Below the pieces are notes generated by a model. The model worked only from the letters and a program-made list of their open reading frames with translations. It ran no database searches and was not told where the DNA came from. This document shows positions 12,040-25,102 of a stretch of DNA of 64,000 nucleotides, piece by piece. The translations under genes were made by a program, and so were the position numbers. Origin of the DNA: Leptogorgia sarmentosa (Eukaryota); contig OZ210885.1 of the NCBI GenBank assembly GCA_964658305.1, positions 18,228,001-18,292,000 of the forward strand, given 5' to 3'. How positions within the stretch are numbered: the first letter of the stretch is position 1; the number at the start of each line of letters is the position of its first letter.

Positions 12040-12065
12040 TCTTAGCCAAAAGGCCGAGAAGTGAT
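12040..12065 (-). pseudogene. U2: U2 snRNA nt 1-26 (5' part of the gene split by A1)
   Basis: Minus strand ATCACTTCTCGGCCTTTTGGCTAAGA (one mismatch to canonical ATCGCTTC). Confidence 0.93.
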
Positions 12066-12222
12066 GCCTCCTTCGCCATTCCTCGCCATCTTTTAAGCGA
12101 GAAAAGCAAGGTGAAAAAATGCGGTCCTCCTTCGCCGCCATTAGCAGCCGCGGCCGCGAAATCGCAAGCGAACCGAGTCGCAAACGTTATGGCACGTGGC
12201 GATGATGACGCATACAATCAAT
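12066..12222 (-). promoter_or_regulatory. U2 upstream (promoter) flank
   Basis: Near-identical to 62382-62545 and partly to 41556-41665. Contains TCACCTTGCTTTTCTCGC near -49, a PSE candidate only. Confidence 0.7.
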
Positions 12223-12276
12223 CTCGTCCTGAGAGGACCTCCTAGTTGATCAAGGTGCCTCTCGCGTCAGGTAAGT
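12223..12276 (-). pseudogene. U1: U1 snRNA nt 3 to about 56 (downstream of Tx1 family B; the rest is deleted)
   Basis: ACTTACCTGACGCGAGAGGCACCTTGATCAACTAGGAGGTCCTCTCAGG matches the intact U1 at 48903-49066. Confidence 0.93.
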
Positions 12277-12629
12277 TTATGTTGGATATAGGCAAATCCA
12301 CCCCCACTTGGGAGCGTGCAATGGATTTCCCTAAATCGAGGAGGGTGCTACCGGCACGCAAACGACTAGGGGGACGATCCCTACCTCCTCATTAAATGCA
12401 CCCCGAGAATATTTATTATTCTGATGCCTCGATTAGTGCATTTAATTCTATATAAAAAACAACACATACTAGGACGGAACATGGACCGATGCTCGCCTGA
12501 TACAGGCAGCAACAGGGATTTAAAAAGAGAAACGACCCTACCGAACCGATTCGGGCAGTACAACCAACTAAGGCGACCCCCCTTCATGGAACGGCAGAGG
12601 AAGAAAAAAGGATTAAAAAACCTAAAAGA

Positions 12630-14784
12630 CTAAAAGGAGAAGACCAGCTCCTCACCCTCGAAATGACCTACAATACCGCGAGCGAGCCAATCCCTCTCAA
12701 AAGATCGCACTTGAGCAGGGAGTTTGCACCGACGACCAAAGAAATGAATGACAAACTTTATTTTGGCGATGGCTTTCGCCTGGCAATCCGAGGCGATTGG
12801 CCGCTTACCACGGAAACGTGGAGCATCCACATGATGATTGGGGGCACGATGTGCCGTCGTTCGGACGAGAAGCCGAACAAGAGTTCCGTGACAGTAAATG
12901 GTGCGGCAGTAGGACATATCTGCCACAAATTGTAGTGTACCCATGCCACCAAAAGGCAGGCCATCTCATATTCAAAGAACAGATGTTCTAACGTTTCTTC
13001 ATCTGCTCGACAGAAACAGCGCGTATATCGATGTTGGGCATGTTAAAGCGAGTTCCCAAGCGAGAGCCCGTGTAGAGAATGCCGTGCGCTATTTGCCAGT
13101 TCAGGTCGATCACAAGCCGGTCAAATGGACATAGATGGAGCTGACTCCAAGTTTGGGGCCAGTGTAGAGGTCCATACTGTGGCGTGAATTTGGCTATACA
13201 ATGTGGCTGGCTATTTAAATTGTTTTGACTTATTTGGTACACATTTCTACTGGATATGTTATCCACCAGTAGTGGAGAGGCAGACGAGGCAGCAATGCAG
13301 AAGTCATTGCCTGTAAGACCACTGTCGAGAGATTGCCACACCCGAAAGATGATACAATAGAACTCGGGCAAGGCTCTCAAACGACGTTGGGAAAAAGAAG
13401 ATAAAAGGGCCTCACATGGCTCGCAACCAAGCGCCCGAGGCTTTCTCAAACTGAGAATACACCTCGAAGGTGGCCTCAATGGATTCATCCGTGGTAGGCG
13501 CAATCGTTGCATCGTCGGCATACCCAGAGCATTTAAACTGTTCCAGCGATTGAGGGAGAAAAACCCCAGTTATACCTGGGGCAAAGCAGATGTTAGCTGT
13601 TAACACCTCAATCGACAGAACGTACAATAGTGGAGAAAGTGGACAACCGTGCCGCACACCCCATGAAGGGCGAAAAAAGGAGGAGGTCCAGCCATTAATA
13701 ACAACAGCCGATTCGACGTCGGAGTTAAACAATTTTACCCATCGGCAGAAATCCAGACCAAAATTTATGGTGTCCAGAGTCCGTAAAAGAAAACCCCAAT
13801 CGACCCGATCAAATGCTTTTTCTTGATCCAAAGAGAGCAGAGCGAGGGGAATGTCCTCATGCTCCGCATACTCAATTGGATCACGGATCAGAAAGAGGTT
13901 CTCTGAGATAGTACGGCCTGGAACACCGCATGTCTGATCTGGCCCTACAACAGACCCGACAACGGCTAGGAGACGCCCCGAAATAGCGCGAGTAGCTATT
14001 TTATAGTCTGCATTGAGCAGACTAATCGGCCGCCAGTTCTTTGTCTCCAAGCGGTCGTTCTTTTTGTATAGTGCTATGATCAGACCTCGACGCTGAGAGG
14101 TGGAAAGCTGGCCGGCCTCGTAAGCAACGTTGAGGACGCGAACCAGATCAGTGCCAAGGCATGACCAAAACTTGAGGTAAAACTCCATGGGAAAGCCATC
14201 GGAACCTGGAGTCTTTCCTCTAGCCATACCAGATAAGGCAGTAAAACACTCCTCTAAAGAGAGAAGACCCTCACAACACGCACGTTCCTCCTTACTAAGG
14301 CGCGAGAAAGCTTTGACAGCATCTCGTCCTGAGCAGATGTATCACAGGGTGCCGCAGTAAAGAGTCCGGTGTAATACCGCCGCCAGACATCCAAAATCTC
14401 AAAAGGGTTGTGGCGCACGGAACCGGTGTCGGGGTCTCGAATGGAGTGCATCTCTTGCTTTGCATGATGCTTAGTGGCTAAGTTGAGAAAAAAGGAGGAG
14501 GAAGTTTCCCCCTCCTCAGCCCACTGACAGCGAGCACGAACTTGCGCCCCTCTCGCTTTCATGCAAAGCAATGCCTCGGAGCTCTTCCTGTACCTCGCAA
14601 AGCTTAGCGAATGCAGAGGTATCCCCTGCTTCAAAAAGACGTTGCAGCCTGTGCATTTGCTTGGTCAAGAAGGATTTATGCTCGCGCCGGTCCAGCTCCT
14701 TTGACCGACTAAAAGTCCATGTCACTTCACGAAGGTAGAATTTCCCTTGGTCCCACCAATCCAAAATAGAGGGAAAGGCCTCAG
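12630..14784 (-). pseudogene. Family B ORF2, RT and C-terminal part; frameshifted, with an internal deletion after the RT core
   Basis: KNWRPISLL, DQEKAFDRV, GYADD and HGILYT motifs across ORFs 12630..14830. Confidence 0.88.
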
Positions 14785-15106
14785 TAGGCCGTCGTCGGCT
14801 AAGCATCCAAAAGATGCAATTCCGTTGCACCCCTCTGCGAACTACATAATTTTTACATAATTTAATAGATTAGATCCTACTTTTTCAGAACCACTGCTCC
14901 CCAAGCGAAACAGGTGCACAAATTGAAATAAAGCACCTCCAAAGTTCGGCTAATTCCTATCTTAAAAAATACGATTCTCCATTGTTTTTGTTACAAACAT
15001 GCATGCGTTAAACGGGAAAGCAGCTACTATGCATGCTCAAATTGCAAACACTGATCCCAATACTGTATCTGGAGTTCATACTAGAGACATATATGTCATA
15101 CAATAA

Positions 15107-15307
15107 AGGCCGTGTTACACGATGCAATTTTTCTTGCAACATGCAACGCTATTCTTCTTGCGGAATTAGTGAAGACTGTTTGATTTGTAAAGAATTCATT
15201 GGAAAAATCTAATGAAAACTCATACTTGCCAATTTCACATCCCTCAACAGTCAATAGTAGAATTGCGATGCAAGTTGCAAGAAAAATTGCATCGTGTAAC
15301 AGTGCCT
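15107..15307. mobile_element. PIF/Harbinger-like MITE inside Academ
   Basis: About 40-bp TIR (AGGCCGTGTTACACGATGCAATTTTTCTTGCAAC / GTTGCAAGAAAAATTGCATCGTGTAACAGTGCCT) with TAA duplicated at 15104-15106 and 15308-15310. Confidence 0.8.
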
Positions 15308-15559
15308 TAAAACTAAATAAATTATATAAAAATTGATTACTTCTTTTGTTGCAGATGAAAAATAAATCTCATCGTTTTAAATTTGCTGATAAAAATTATG
15401 GTGCTTTTTGCGTTTAAATCAATGTTTGTGTTTTATATACCATATACGGTCTTGTATCAAACTGCAGTATGGAGGGTAGCATGCATTTGGGGAAGGTTGG
15501 ATTCTACAAACCGCAAAATCAGCATTATTCTTCAAACATGTGATCTGCCAAGACATCAT

Positions 15560-18500
15560 CATCAAACACCAGCTGCTCAAATTCATTCTCATTTTCATCA
15601 TCTTCGATTCCGTTTTCGTCAACATCGATGTTCAAACAGTCACGACAAGCACAGAGATTGGTGCACATTAATTGCGCCTTCAAACAAGCACAGCGCCTTG
15701 TAGAACATCCAGACTGACAGCCACTGACAGTTTACGTTCTCAAGGATTCCATCTGGAGCTGCTGGCATCGTCATCCACTTGATTAATACCTGCCCATTCT
15801 TGCTATCCCAACCACATTCATTGATCGGAGGAAGAGGTAGGGTTGCTTGCAATGCATTTTTCCAGATATATGCTTGGTATGATGAGCGACACGTGTGAAG
15901 CCATAATGCATCTTTTGTACATGGCATTGTGTTGTCGGAATACTGGCCAATACTGAAAATGTTAAAACGTGCATCGTTGACATCGTCAACAAACATATTT
16001 CTGGACATAACAAAATAATTCCTGGGTGACTGCACATGCTGATCCAAGTAACTTGAAGGTGGCAAAGAATTCAGGATACTCTCTAATGTGTTCAACGTCT
16101 TGGTTTTTCCTTTTCCATAAAACGCGCTAGTGCTGTCACAACCTTAAAGAGAAGAATGTTGGACTTAGTGGACCAATCTTCGTTTTTCTATACTGTAATA
16201 CTATTAACAACTAGATTACGAGCTCGATTGCTCGAGATTTCTATGGCATAGCTGACATTTGAGGGGAAAATCCGAACTACCTGTCACTTTATGAAAATTG
16301 AGAACAAGGAATCTAAGTGTTTCAGTGGAATCCCAGTTATTGTATTTGTACAAAAACATTGAAAAATGCGAACTGCATGGAAGGATTTTTTTCAAATGAG
16401 GCGCCAGAAAAGTAAATTAATATCAAACCGAAAAATTTTCTCACCTGTAAATGCATGGAAACCAATGAGAATCACATAGATCAGAGCCAAGTGCTAAATG
16501 TAGTTTACACACATCCAAAATTCTTCTCTGGTTTCCAACACCAGTATCAAAATACATGGCTGCAGGAATTGCTGGTCTATGTCCTAGCATTAAGACAAGT
16601 ACATCCGTGTCAGGGCTGCGAATGATTACATGGTCGTGAAACGTAGAAGCGTGTTGAGCATGAAGTAACATTCGTGTATCCGCTTCTTCGTGATCACTGT
16701 ACAGGTCGGAGCATTCTTCTACGAGAACGCCTTCGCTGGTTATGCTGAATTTATGGCACAGCTTACGTTTTTCAAATGATGGAAAAAGAATTCAACCAAA
16801 GCTTCTTTATTCTTTCTGCTTCAGTTCCACTGACAGGAACTTCTTAAACTGTCTGGGTGCTTTCTGTTGTGGGCCCAGAATCATTATTACGGTTGATCCT
16901 GCATCAGCGCGTTTACTCCTTTCTAGGTTCTTGATGCTCACATCGGGATAGGTGTCACAAACAAAATCTACTCTTGTTGACTTCGAACTTACTGCCCACG
17001 ACAAAATTCGACCAAGAATGCTTTCCACCAATGCTCCAAACGTTTTGGGAATGCGTTTCATTGCCTGGATCAATGCCATTCCATCTAGTATCAAAGCGTT
17101 ATTAAATAGTAGATCTTTGTGTTAAATCCATGTCTTTGCGTGATCTACACAAAAAATTTTTATAAGTAAATCCTAAATTATATCACTCGAGAATCAAGTA
17201 ATGGATTACCCGAGTCAAGTTGGTGGTTTATCACATAATTTGGTAATTATTATATTTGTCGAAATTTGTCTTAAGCAGCGATGTGTGAAGTAATCCAACC
17301 CTGATTTAGGTTTTATAAAACCCGATATCACTGAAGAAATTCATGAATTACCTGCTGTTTGTTGAACTGTCCGCCATTGTGAAACACTGTCTCGTAATAG
17401 CACCACGGTCTGCCTGTGCCAAGATCCATCTGTGCACTGCGTTTTTGTTCAATGTGAATCCAACTATGCCACCTCTAACTTTAGAATCTCGATTGTAAGT
17501 TTGCTCCATAACCTGATCACAAGCAGTGGACGAGAAACCATACGTTTTCTGACGCTGACATGTCCAGTTGTTGATAATGCTATCGGTTGCGCCTATGAAA
17601 TACAAGAAAGAATTACAAAGTACTAATTTTCTCCCATTTTCATGAAAGATTCGTAACATTGCATAACTCCGCAATTTGAAAGCTTGGATCACCTGGGTGT
17701 GATGTTTCAAGACATAACATTTCAAGCCAATAAACCGTTCCATATCTGGCATAGAGGATCCTGTCTGTTGCAAAGAACCATGGTAACATAGATCTCACTG
17801 CTGAGAGATGTAAATCCCAGTTGTTCTCTTGGGTTGCGCGCAAGAATGACAGAAGAGTTTGTACCATCTCAATGTAACTTAGCCACAATGCAAATGTTGG
17901 TTTTCTTTCGGCTTCCGTTTGCCGAAATGTAAAAACAGACGTTTTCAATTCTTCGAATTCTGTTGACATGACTTCGGCGACGTATTCTTCACCAGGGAAT
18001 TTGGTGGCTAGGTTTTCTCAAGCACAAAAAGGGTTATTATTATTCTTTCTTAAATTTCCCATATACTTTAGCTAATGCACATACGTAAATGTTAACTTTG
18101 CGTTTCACAAGTAGATTGCATAAATTTTAATCTCATTTGCAAATCACAACCTGAATCACCTTTTCATTCAAAATTGGGAATATCGGCCATCGTGAAATTC
18201 ATGCCTGGGTTAAATTCCTCAAGACACTTACCGCTCATAGTAATGGTTTCATCCCTTTTATCTTCTGAAAGAGAGTCAAGATATTGTTCAAACAACAATC
18301 TCATCAACGCTTCGTATACAACTTTATGTGACCTGACACTTCCGTTGTAGTGCTTTCCAGACATAACTCCGTTTATTGATCCTACTGCGACAATTTCAGC
18401 CTCAATAAGAATGTCCTATTAAAAGAAAAACCAAACTTAAGTTAGCTTTATTTTGAATTGCATCAAACTGAAAAATCGTTTGACTAAACAAAATTTGTAA

Positions 18501-20958
18501 ATCAGTTGATTGTGGTTGAGTTGGTAATGACCACATAGATGATGCAAGTATAAGTCATTTAATTTTGTCACGTTCTTCCATATTCCTTACGTTTCAAAAT
18601 GCATGGCCTTTATTGAAGAAGGGAGTATTTCTATAAAGCACTTCAACAAAATGATCTCCCAACATACCTTCAATCCAGCATCCTTGAAAAGTTTGGAAAT
18701 TGCCCCACAAAAAGACATATGTGTAGCCATATGGAAATCCCAGCCTGATGAAGTCTGATGATAAATCGATTCAGATATGTTTCTTCTTTCCATCTAATCT
18801 GCTGAACTTTTGAGTAAATCGCCTCATCAAAAACCAAACAAAAGTGTTGCACGTTAAGTTTATCAGCAATTTTCTCACTTTGACGTAATATCTCCTTCAC
18901 TGTTGAAAACTCAGTAGGACTTGCATCAATTATTGGGAGATAACCTATTCCAGACTGTGTGGGGATACTGCGTTCACTGACAAGTTTAGTATTGAACCCT
19001 GTCCAGTTGGGAAAATTAATTCTGCTACCAAGATATCTGCACAGACAGAATGCCAGGTCTTTCTTCTTGGCATCGATTTGGGGTTCAGTGTGATGATCCT
19101 CGCCAATTTCCTTGCCAATCATTGCTCCTTTCAGGTCGACAGTTTTTCTTCTCCCGATAAAATACGGATCAATATCGTAGGTTGGAGCTTCAAGCGATCT
19201 CTTTCGAGGAATACTCTCTCTCGTCTCAGAATCACTAGGTAAACGAGTATTCCTTTGGATTATGATACCTCCAGTTATATGGGTTGTCCCCTTGCCGGAC
19301 CTGGTTTCCTCTGAAAAGTCATCATTATCCCAGGCCAGTGTATTTGGCACATTACTTACGAAACCTGGAGGAATGGAAGTGTCTTCAGAGTTCAGATATA
19401 TTTAACTGTGCAAGTGCTGTTTCGTGAGCTAATACAAACGTGTGAGACATGCAATGCCCCAGCCCATTTAAGAGTGATATAACTGAGGAGGATCCAGTCA
19501 GTTTGCGAAGCGCCATAGCAAGTGCTGCGCTCTTGGGAGTACGATTTCTTTGTTTGGATGCCAAGCTAACCAAGTCTTGCGTTATTGACATCAGTTTGGC
19601 GTTTTCTTTGGAATTAACATTCACGAAGTTATCTACAACGAGGTCTGATGAGAATCCACAGATCCAAGCTAGTGTGTTGAAAAGCTCATAGGGAACAACT
19701 TTCCTGTTGACGTAATCCATTTCGTCCATATCGTCATCGCTGTTTTCAGCTTCGTGCAACAAATGTCCTTCCACCAAATCTGACGAATCTAAGTTCTCAA
19801 CGAAGACAATCTCACTGACGTTTCGTTTTTCGGGCATGCAGAACACAAGTTGTGGATAACTTTTTCTTAATCTCTGTTTGAGTTTGAATGCTCTGTATTT
19901 AGACGCGCCAACATTTTCAGTGTCCTTAGCAATGGCAACAAATTTTAGAAGTAAGTCTTTCATGCATCTTATTTCCTTTCTTTTGATAATTTCAGGGTCG
20001 ATAACGTCTTTACAGAAAACGCCATACGACTTTTCCTACACTGATTTACCTATTTTCGTCTCCTTTGTCTCTTTCGTGAGGAATCGTGTGTAATTGCAGT
20101 AACAAACTTTGTGGTAGCGGACCACCACTGCAACACAGTCCTTATCTCTAATTTGCAACAGAATTCGCTCATCATTCTTTGTTTCAGCAGCGGCGCGTAA
20201 TCGACCAGCATCAACTGTTCCTGCTAACACTAATGGTGTTCTGCTTCTCTTTTGTGTTTTCTATTATGGATAAAATGATTTTTTTTAAAAAACGGACACA
20301 AAAAAAACAAACGGAAAATATATAAGTTTACTTCGAGACATGACAATGCTTGGAACATAGAGAATTCATCTATTCAAACTATCAATCGGCGACTTACGCT
20401 CGATCGAAGCAACTCGAAAAACTACGTTGCGCCATTGAAAGAAGGGAAATTACTGTTAGAATACTTTATAGATCATACCTTGTCCCTTGAAAACCAAGAG
20501 GAATCTTTTCCACAAATAATGCAACACTTTTGAGGCAAATCCTTGCTGGATTGGGCACAGGAATTCCGAGTTACTTTTCTTCTTGGTTCCATGGGTGCCA
20601 TTAGTAGCTTTTCTTCGAGTGGTACTGCAATGTTTGTCATGTTTGTACATTTTTCCTCTTTTTTCTCTAGTCTTCGAATCTTTTCCTCATCGCAAAATTT
20701 CTTATAGCATTTCATGTGATGGTACCACTCTATATGGAAATTCTCATCATCTTTCACGAAGTATGAATTAACCCTGCTATCTTCAAATAGACTGTATGAA
20801 TTCTTCACTATATCAGCTTGCTCACAGTAAAGTTTTGCATATTTGGGCCTGCATTCAACAAATTTTTTTAGCCTTTGTCGCGAAATCTTGCAAAGCGGCT
20901 CCTTTACGCCATCAAAATGCATAAAACATGAGGATATTTTAATCTTATCATTAGCCAT
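15560..20958 (-). pseudogene. Intron-containing Academ gene (transposase, XPG/FEN1-like nuclease, Cys-rich C-terminus), decayed
   Basis: AWDNDDFSEET..G.GTTH and FDEAIY (transposase); ILDGMA, HEEADTRM, SPDTDV, GCDSTSAFYGKGK (XPG-like). A GT-AG intron at about 16144-16444 joins FTG/CDS. Confidence 0.8.
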
Positions 20959-21376
20959 TTGATTATAACTTTTAATGTTTAATTTAAAACAAGCTACATT
21001 GTTGTAACTACGGCGATACTTTTAAAAGAACAAGAAGAAATAACTTTTGAAAACAATGTACTATATTTTGATTCATTGTCCAGTTTCCTGTATTGGGATC
21101 AGTGTTTGCAATTTGAGCATGCATAATAGTTGCTTTCCCGTTTAACGCATGCGTGTTTGTAACAAAAACAATGGAGAATCGTATTTTTTAAGATAGGAAT
21201 TAACCGAACTTTGGAGGTGCTTTATTTCAATTTGTGCACCTGTTTCGCTTGGAGAGCAGTGGATTCTGATAAAGTAGGATCTAATCTATTAAATTATGTA
21301 AAAATTATGTAGTTCCCAGAGGGGTGCAACAGAATTACTTTTTTAAGCACTTTTTCGATGCTCAACCGACGGCCTA

Positions 21377-22220
21377 CAGGTGTATAATGGGCCTGCCAGA
21401 AGGACCTAAATGAAGTGACAAGGGCGCAATAGGTTTCGTCGTCCAGGAGGGAAGTATTAAACTTCCACACTCCAGGACCACTAACGATACGATCACCAAA
21501 TTCGAACTTGACCAGCAAGTACTGATGATTGGATAAAAAGGAGGGATGGTATTCACATTCCCTAATAGACTGTTCCAGACAAGTCGGGGCCCAGACCATA
21601 TCGATGCGTGATGCGAAGGTTCCGGACCCATGGGTCCAGGAATAAGCCTTCTGCGTGGGATGTACTGTACGCCACACCGGATATGTCTGGGTATGAGATA
21701 GTAGGGCCTGCAAAGCCGGGCCACTCTCCTGGGCGCGCGAAGAGGCAGCACCAGTGTAAGAAGCACGCCGAAGCCTATCCCGATCATCGTCTAGAACAGA
21801 ATTAAAATCACCACAAACAAATGTGGGCCTGGTGAGATCGATTAAACCAGGAATTGCAGAGAAAAAAGCGTTACGAGCCGGATTCTTATTTGGGGCATAT
21901 AAGGAGACGAAACTTAGCTGATCCTCCCCAAAATCAACCAAGACTTGGACAAACCGCCCATCATCGTCTCGAATCACCTGTTTAACCTTGTGCCATTTTT
22001 AATTAGAATAGCCGTACCGCAACGCTTAGTTGAAACTGACGACGAGACAACTCGAAAGCCAGAATTAGCGAACCACTTCCTAATGGATTTGTGCGAAGGA
22101 GCATGCGTTTCTTGCAAACATGCAACATCCACCTTCATACATTTTAACCAATCCACCAGGGCGGTTCGTTTAATACGGTTGTTAAGACCATTAATATTGA
22201 TGGACAACAGACTCGCCATC
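21377..22220 (-). pseudogene. Family B ORF2 APE endonuclease
   Basis: MASLLSININGL, CLQETH, CGDFN, SRID; one frameshift. Confidence 0.88.
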
Positions 22221-23849
22221 AGAATCTGATGTCCCAGATGTGGGTAGCTCACCAAGAAGGAGCTCCTCGAGTTGACCAGCACGAAGCTGATCACTAAACG
22301 ACGTGCATGTCGAACATGCACCAACCTCACTGACATCGTCGCGGAGACTAGACAGTGAGGCTTCATGAATGGATGCCAGTGCCTCGAAAAGATCAAGGGA
22401 TAACTCAGACTGCTGAGACGAGACATCCACTGCAGGAGGATCCTGGGAAGCAGCATTGTCATCATCCACAGCAGCCTGAGGAAGCACGGGAGCATCATCC
22501 ATACGCTCCGGGGATCCGGCTGGCTCAGGAGAGGCAAGAGCAGGCGCAGAGTCATGAGCGATGATCGGGTCAACTACAGTATCACCACTCAAACACTTGT
22601 CCAAGTCAGCCTCAGGAGTGGCAGTTTTGGTAGGAGGGCTCGGGAACCCTGGCCACACGCTAACGTTGGATGATCTCGGAGGCGCAGGAGCGGACGTGCA
22701 TACTCTCTTGCCAACTTTACCAGCTTTAGCCTCACTACTGGAGAAAGCGACAGCGCAAAATTAAAGGATTTGCGCTTCAGATGTTCAGCTGTCGGAGGCG
22801 TCAAAGTAGTCTGCTCAGACTGACCTGTGGGCTTAGGAGTCTTCTTCCTCAACTTCTCCTGAAGGTCTCTAGGGCGAGAAGAGGAGGCCGATGTAGAAGG
22901 GCCGGACGAGGCCGGCAGGAAGGTGCTCTCCTTAGCCGAAACTAATAGGGGATAACTCCCTTAGCCTGAGGAGCATTAGCCTTAGCTCGCTAGTCTTCTT
23001 CATCTTCGTTAACTTCTCCCGAAGGTCACCCTTGCAAGAAGAAGAAGAGGATGAATTATCCTTGAGCAAACCTTTTGTCGGCTTAGATGTACTGGTAGGT
23101 TTGGGCACTGCCGACTTACTAGCCTTAACTTCTCGCAAAGGTCTCCAGTGCAAGAGGCAGAGGACGATTTAGAAAGGCCGGACGAAGCCGGCGAGTTATT
23201 ACTATCCTCAGCCCCTGTAGGTTTTGATTTACCAGTATTATTTTTTGTATTTTTAGTATGACTACCCTGACTATGCTGTTTCGATGACTTTGGGCAGTCC
23301 TTTGCAGTGTGCCCCACCTCCTGGCACGCAAAGCTAGTAGGCGGCTGCCCGCGGTAACGAAATGACAGCTGAAATCCGACAACGCGAATTTCAGCTGGGA
23401 TAGCCTTAGATATTACAATTTGCACCATACGTGTGCCAGATTTAACCAACGGGAACCCCTTGATGGTTAAGTGCTTCACTGATATAACCCGACCGTATGG
23501 CGCCAAGGCGTCATAAAGATGTTGGTCCGGCATCTGAGGAGGTGCACGATCCACAAACACAGATTTGACTTCCTCATAGGCCGGTAAGGGTGTGATGGTA
23601 AGGCCCCGAAAGTTAAGGCCGTTGATGTCAAACTGACTTCGAACGGCGGGAGAAGAAAAACATACAAAATTTCATGCCAGGCAAGGCCTGAACACAAGTC
23701 ACACTCTTCTCCCCAATGGCCTTAACTAGTTCTGCCCGCAACTGACGGACTTTGGATTTGCCAACCAGTTTCTTTGGCAAGAGAAACACAGACGTGGTCT
23801 GGTTCCACTTTGCAAAGTCCTCCCGACTAAATACAGTTGGGACAGACAT
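22191..23849 (-). pseudogene. Family B ORF1, frameshifted
   Basis: YRGQPPTSFACQEVGHTAKDC (degenerate knuckle) followed by a low-complexity Ser/Pro/Lys tail. Confidence 0.75.
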
Positions 23850-24498
23850 ACTATGATAAATTACTATAAATTACTATTAACTAAAGCAAGTTGATCCAAA
23901 CACACTGCCAGAACAGGTAAAGCCCGAGTGACAAGAAAATGAGCCTTAAAAAGTACTACAAATTAAGACCCACACACACGAAGGATCAAAAAACTAAGTG
24001 GAAAGAAAGGTCCTTTAAAAGAAAAAGGGCCAGGGAACGGATATGTTGGTCCACCGACCTCAATCCGCAACACCGAAAGCAAAAAAAGAACCTAAAAGAC
24101 CACCGACCTTTGAGTTGTCCCCAAACAGACTCCTCGACAGGTCACACACAAGAAGAGCTATTACCCACTACCTAATAAAAACAATAAAAAACGCTGTAAT
24201 GGGCGGCCCTATGCTGTGTTGCGTGCTAACCGCGCAACAAACAGCAGGAAAGACTGCCAATCGAGTTCCGAAGAACAAGAAAAGCAGTCCAAAAGAAAAA
24301 GAATGGACATACTGCTACCTTGACACCTATCCAAGTAGGCCGGCCAGACAGCGGGAAGACAGAACAAAGAAGAAAGGCGTGTCTGCAAAAAGAACTGCAG
24401 CTAGTTGTAAACCTTGCGAGCAGAGTTACAGGTCCGTGTTCCTGAGCATAGATCCTCTACTGCAAAGGTGAAGAACCTGACACGACAAAGACCGTCGT

Positions 24499-24511
24499 GT
24501 CAGGTAAGTAT
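24499..24511 (-). pseudogene. U1: U1 snRNA nt 1-13 (5' remnant)
   Basis: ATACTTACCTGAC preceded by the same upstream flank as the intact U1. Confidence 0.9.
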
Positions 24512-24950
24512 GACTTCATGGCGCATACGATTACCTTTTATACGCTGCAATCGCGAGGAATGCTTGTGGAACGAATGCATGGGGATGAGTTTGTCTTTCG
24601 ATGGATGGATCGATCGATCTCTCAGACTGCACCGTGTTTGCACGTTCCGAGAATTCTCGACCATATTCAATACGAGTTTACAAAAAAATCAAAGAATGTA
24701 AATCTCATGAACAGCGATACTGCTTTGTTGGCCAACGAGCTACCAAGACAATTATAACATGATTGTGTTAGGCTGCTTACCATGCAAGTATAATTCGTGG
24801 TCGGTCATCCACACTGAATGCTTCATATATACGTATCTCCTGCGAAATGCCTGATCGCGGCGATGATCTATCTGTAAAGGCAAGAATAATTTGTCAGAAT
24901 TTTGAACTGATAGTGAGTGAGAAATCTTCCCCCAATAATGAAATTGGGGG
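24512..24950 (-). promoter_or_regulatory. U2-U1 intergenic spacer including the U1 promoter region
   Basis: Highly similar to 49067-49522. Confidence 0.8.
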
Positions 24951-25102
24951 AAGTGGGCCGTACTCGGAGGTAGTGCAATACCGAGGCAACCCATGGCCAG
25001 GGCGAAGCAAGCTTCAATCCCATGGCCGAGGTCCAAAAATCAGTTTAATATACGAGTTAGGACATTGCCTAACATATCAGATATTAAGCTGATAAGAACA
25101 GA
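24951..25102 (-). pseudogene. U2: U2 snRNA nt 39 to about 190
   Basis: TCTGTTCTTATCAGCTTAATATCTG..., Sm site GATTTTTGG, stem-loop IV CTCGGTATTGCACTACCTCCGAG. Confidence 0.95.

Larger units (their letters stand above)
14785..21376 (-). mobile_element. Academ DNA transposon (XPG-containing type) with about 280-bp TIRs, TAG..CTA termini and 3-bp TSD CAG
   Basis: TIRs 14785-15064 and about 21091-21376. CAG at 14782-14784 and 21377-21379. Removing it restores host ORF2 (FWQAHYTPEAFPSILDWW). Confidence 0.9.
12277..24498 (-). mobile_element. Tx1-clade retrotransposon family B inserted in U1 snRNA with an 11-bp TSD (ACTTACCTGAC); interrupted by Academ
   Basis: GTCAGGTAAGT at 12266-12276 and 24499-24509. 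ORF1 22191-23849; ORF2 endonuclease 21377-22220 continues at 14784 and runs to 12630. Confidence 0.92.

Noticed and set aside
11618..12217. Cys-rich and other overlapping short ORFs in the family A 5' UTR
   Set aside because: Products of 15-bp repeats that cross the element-U2 boundary.
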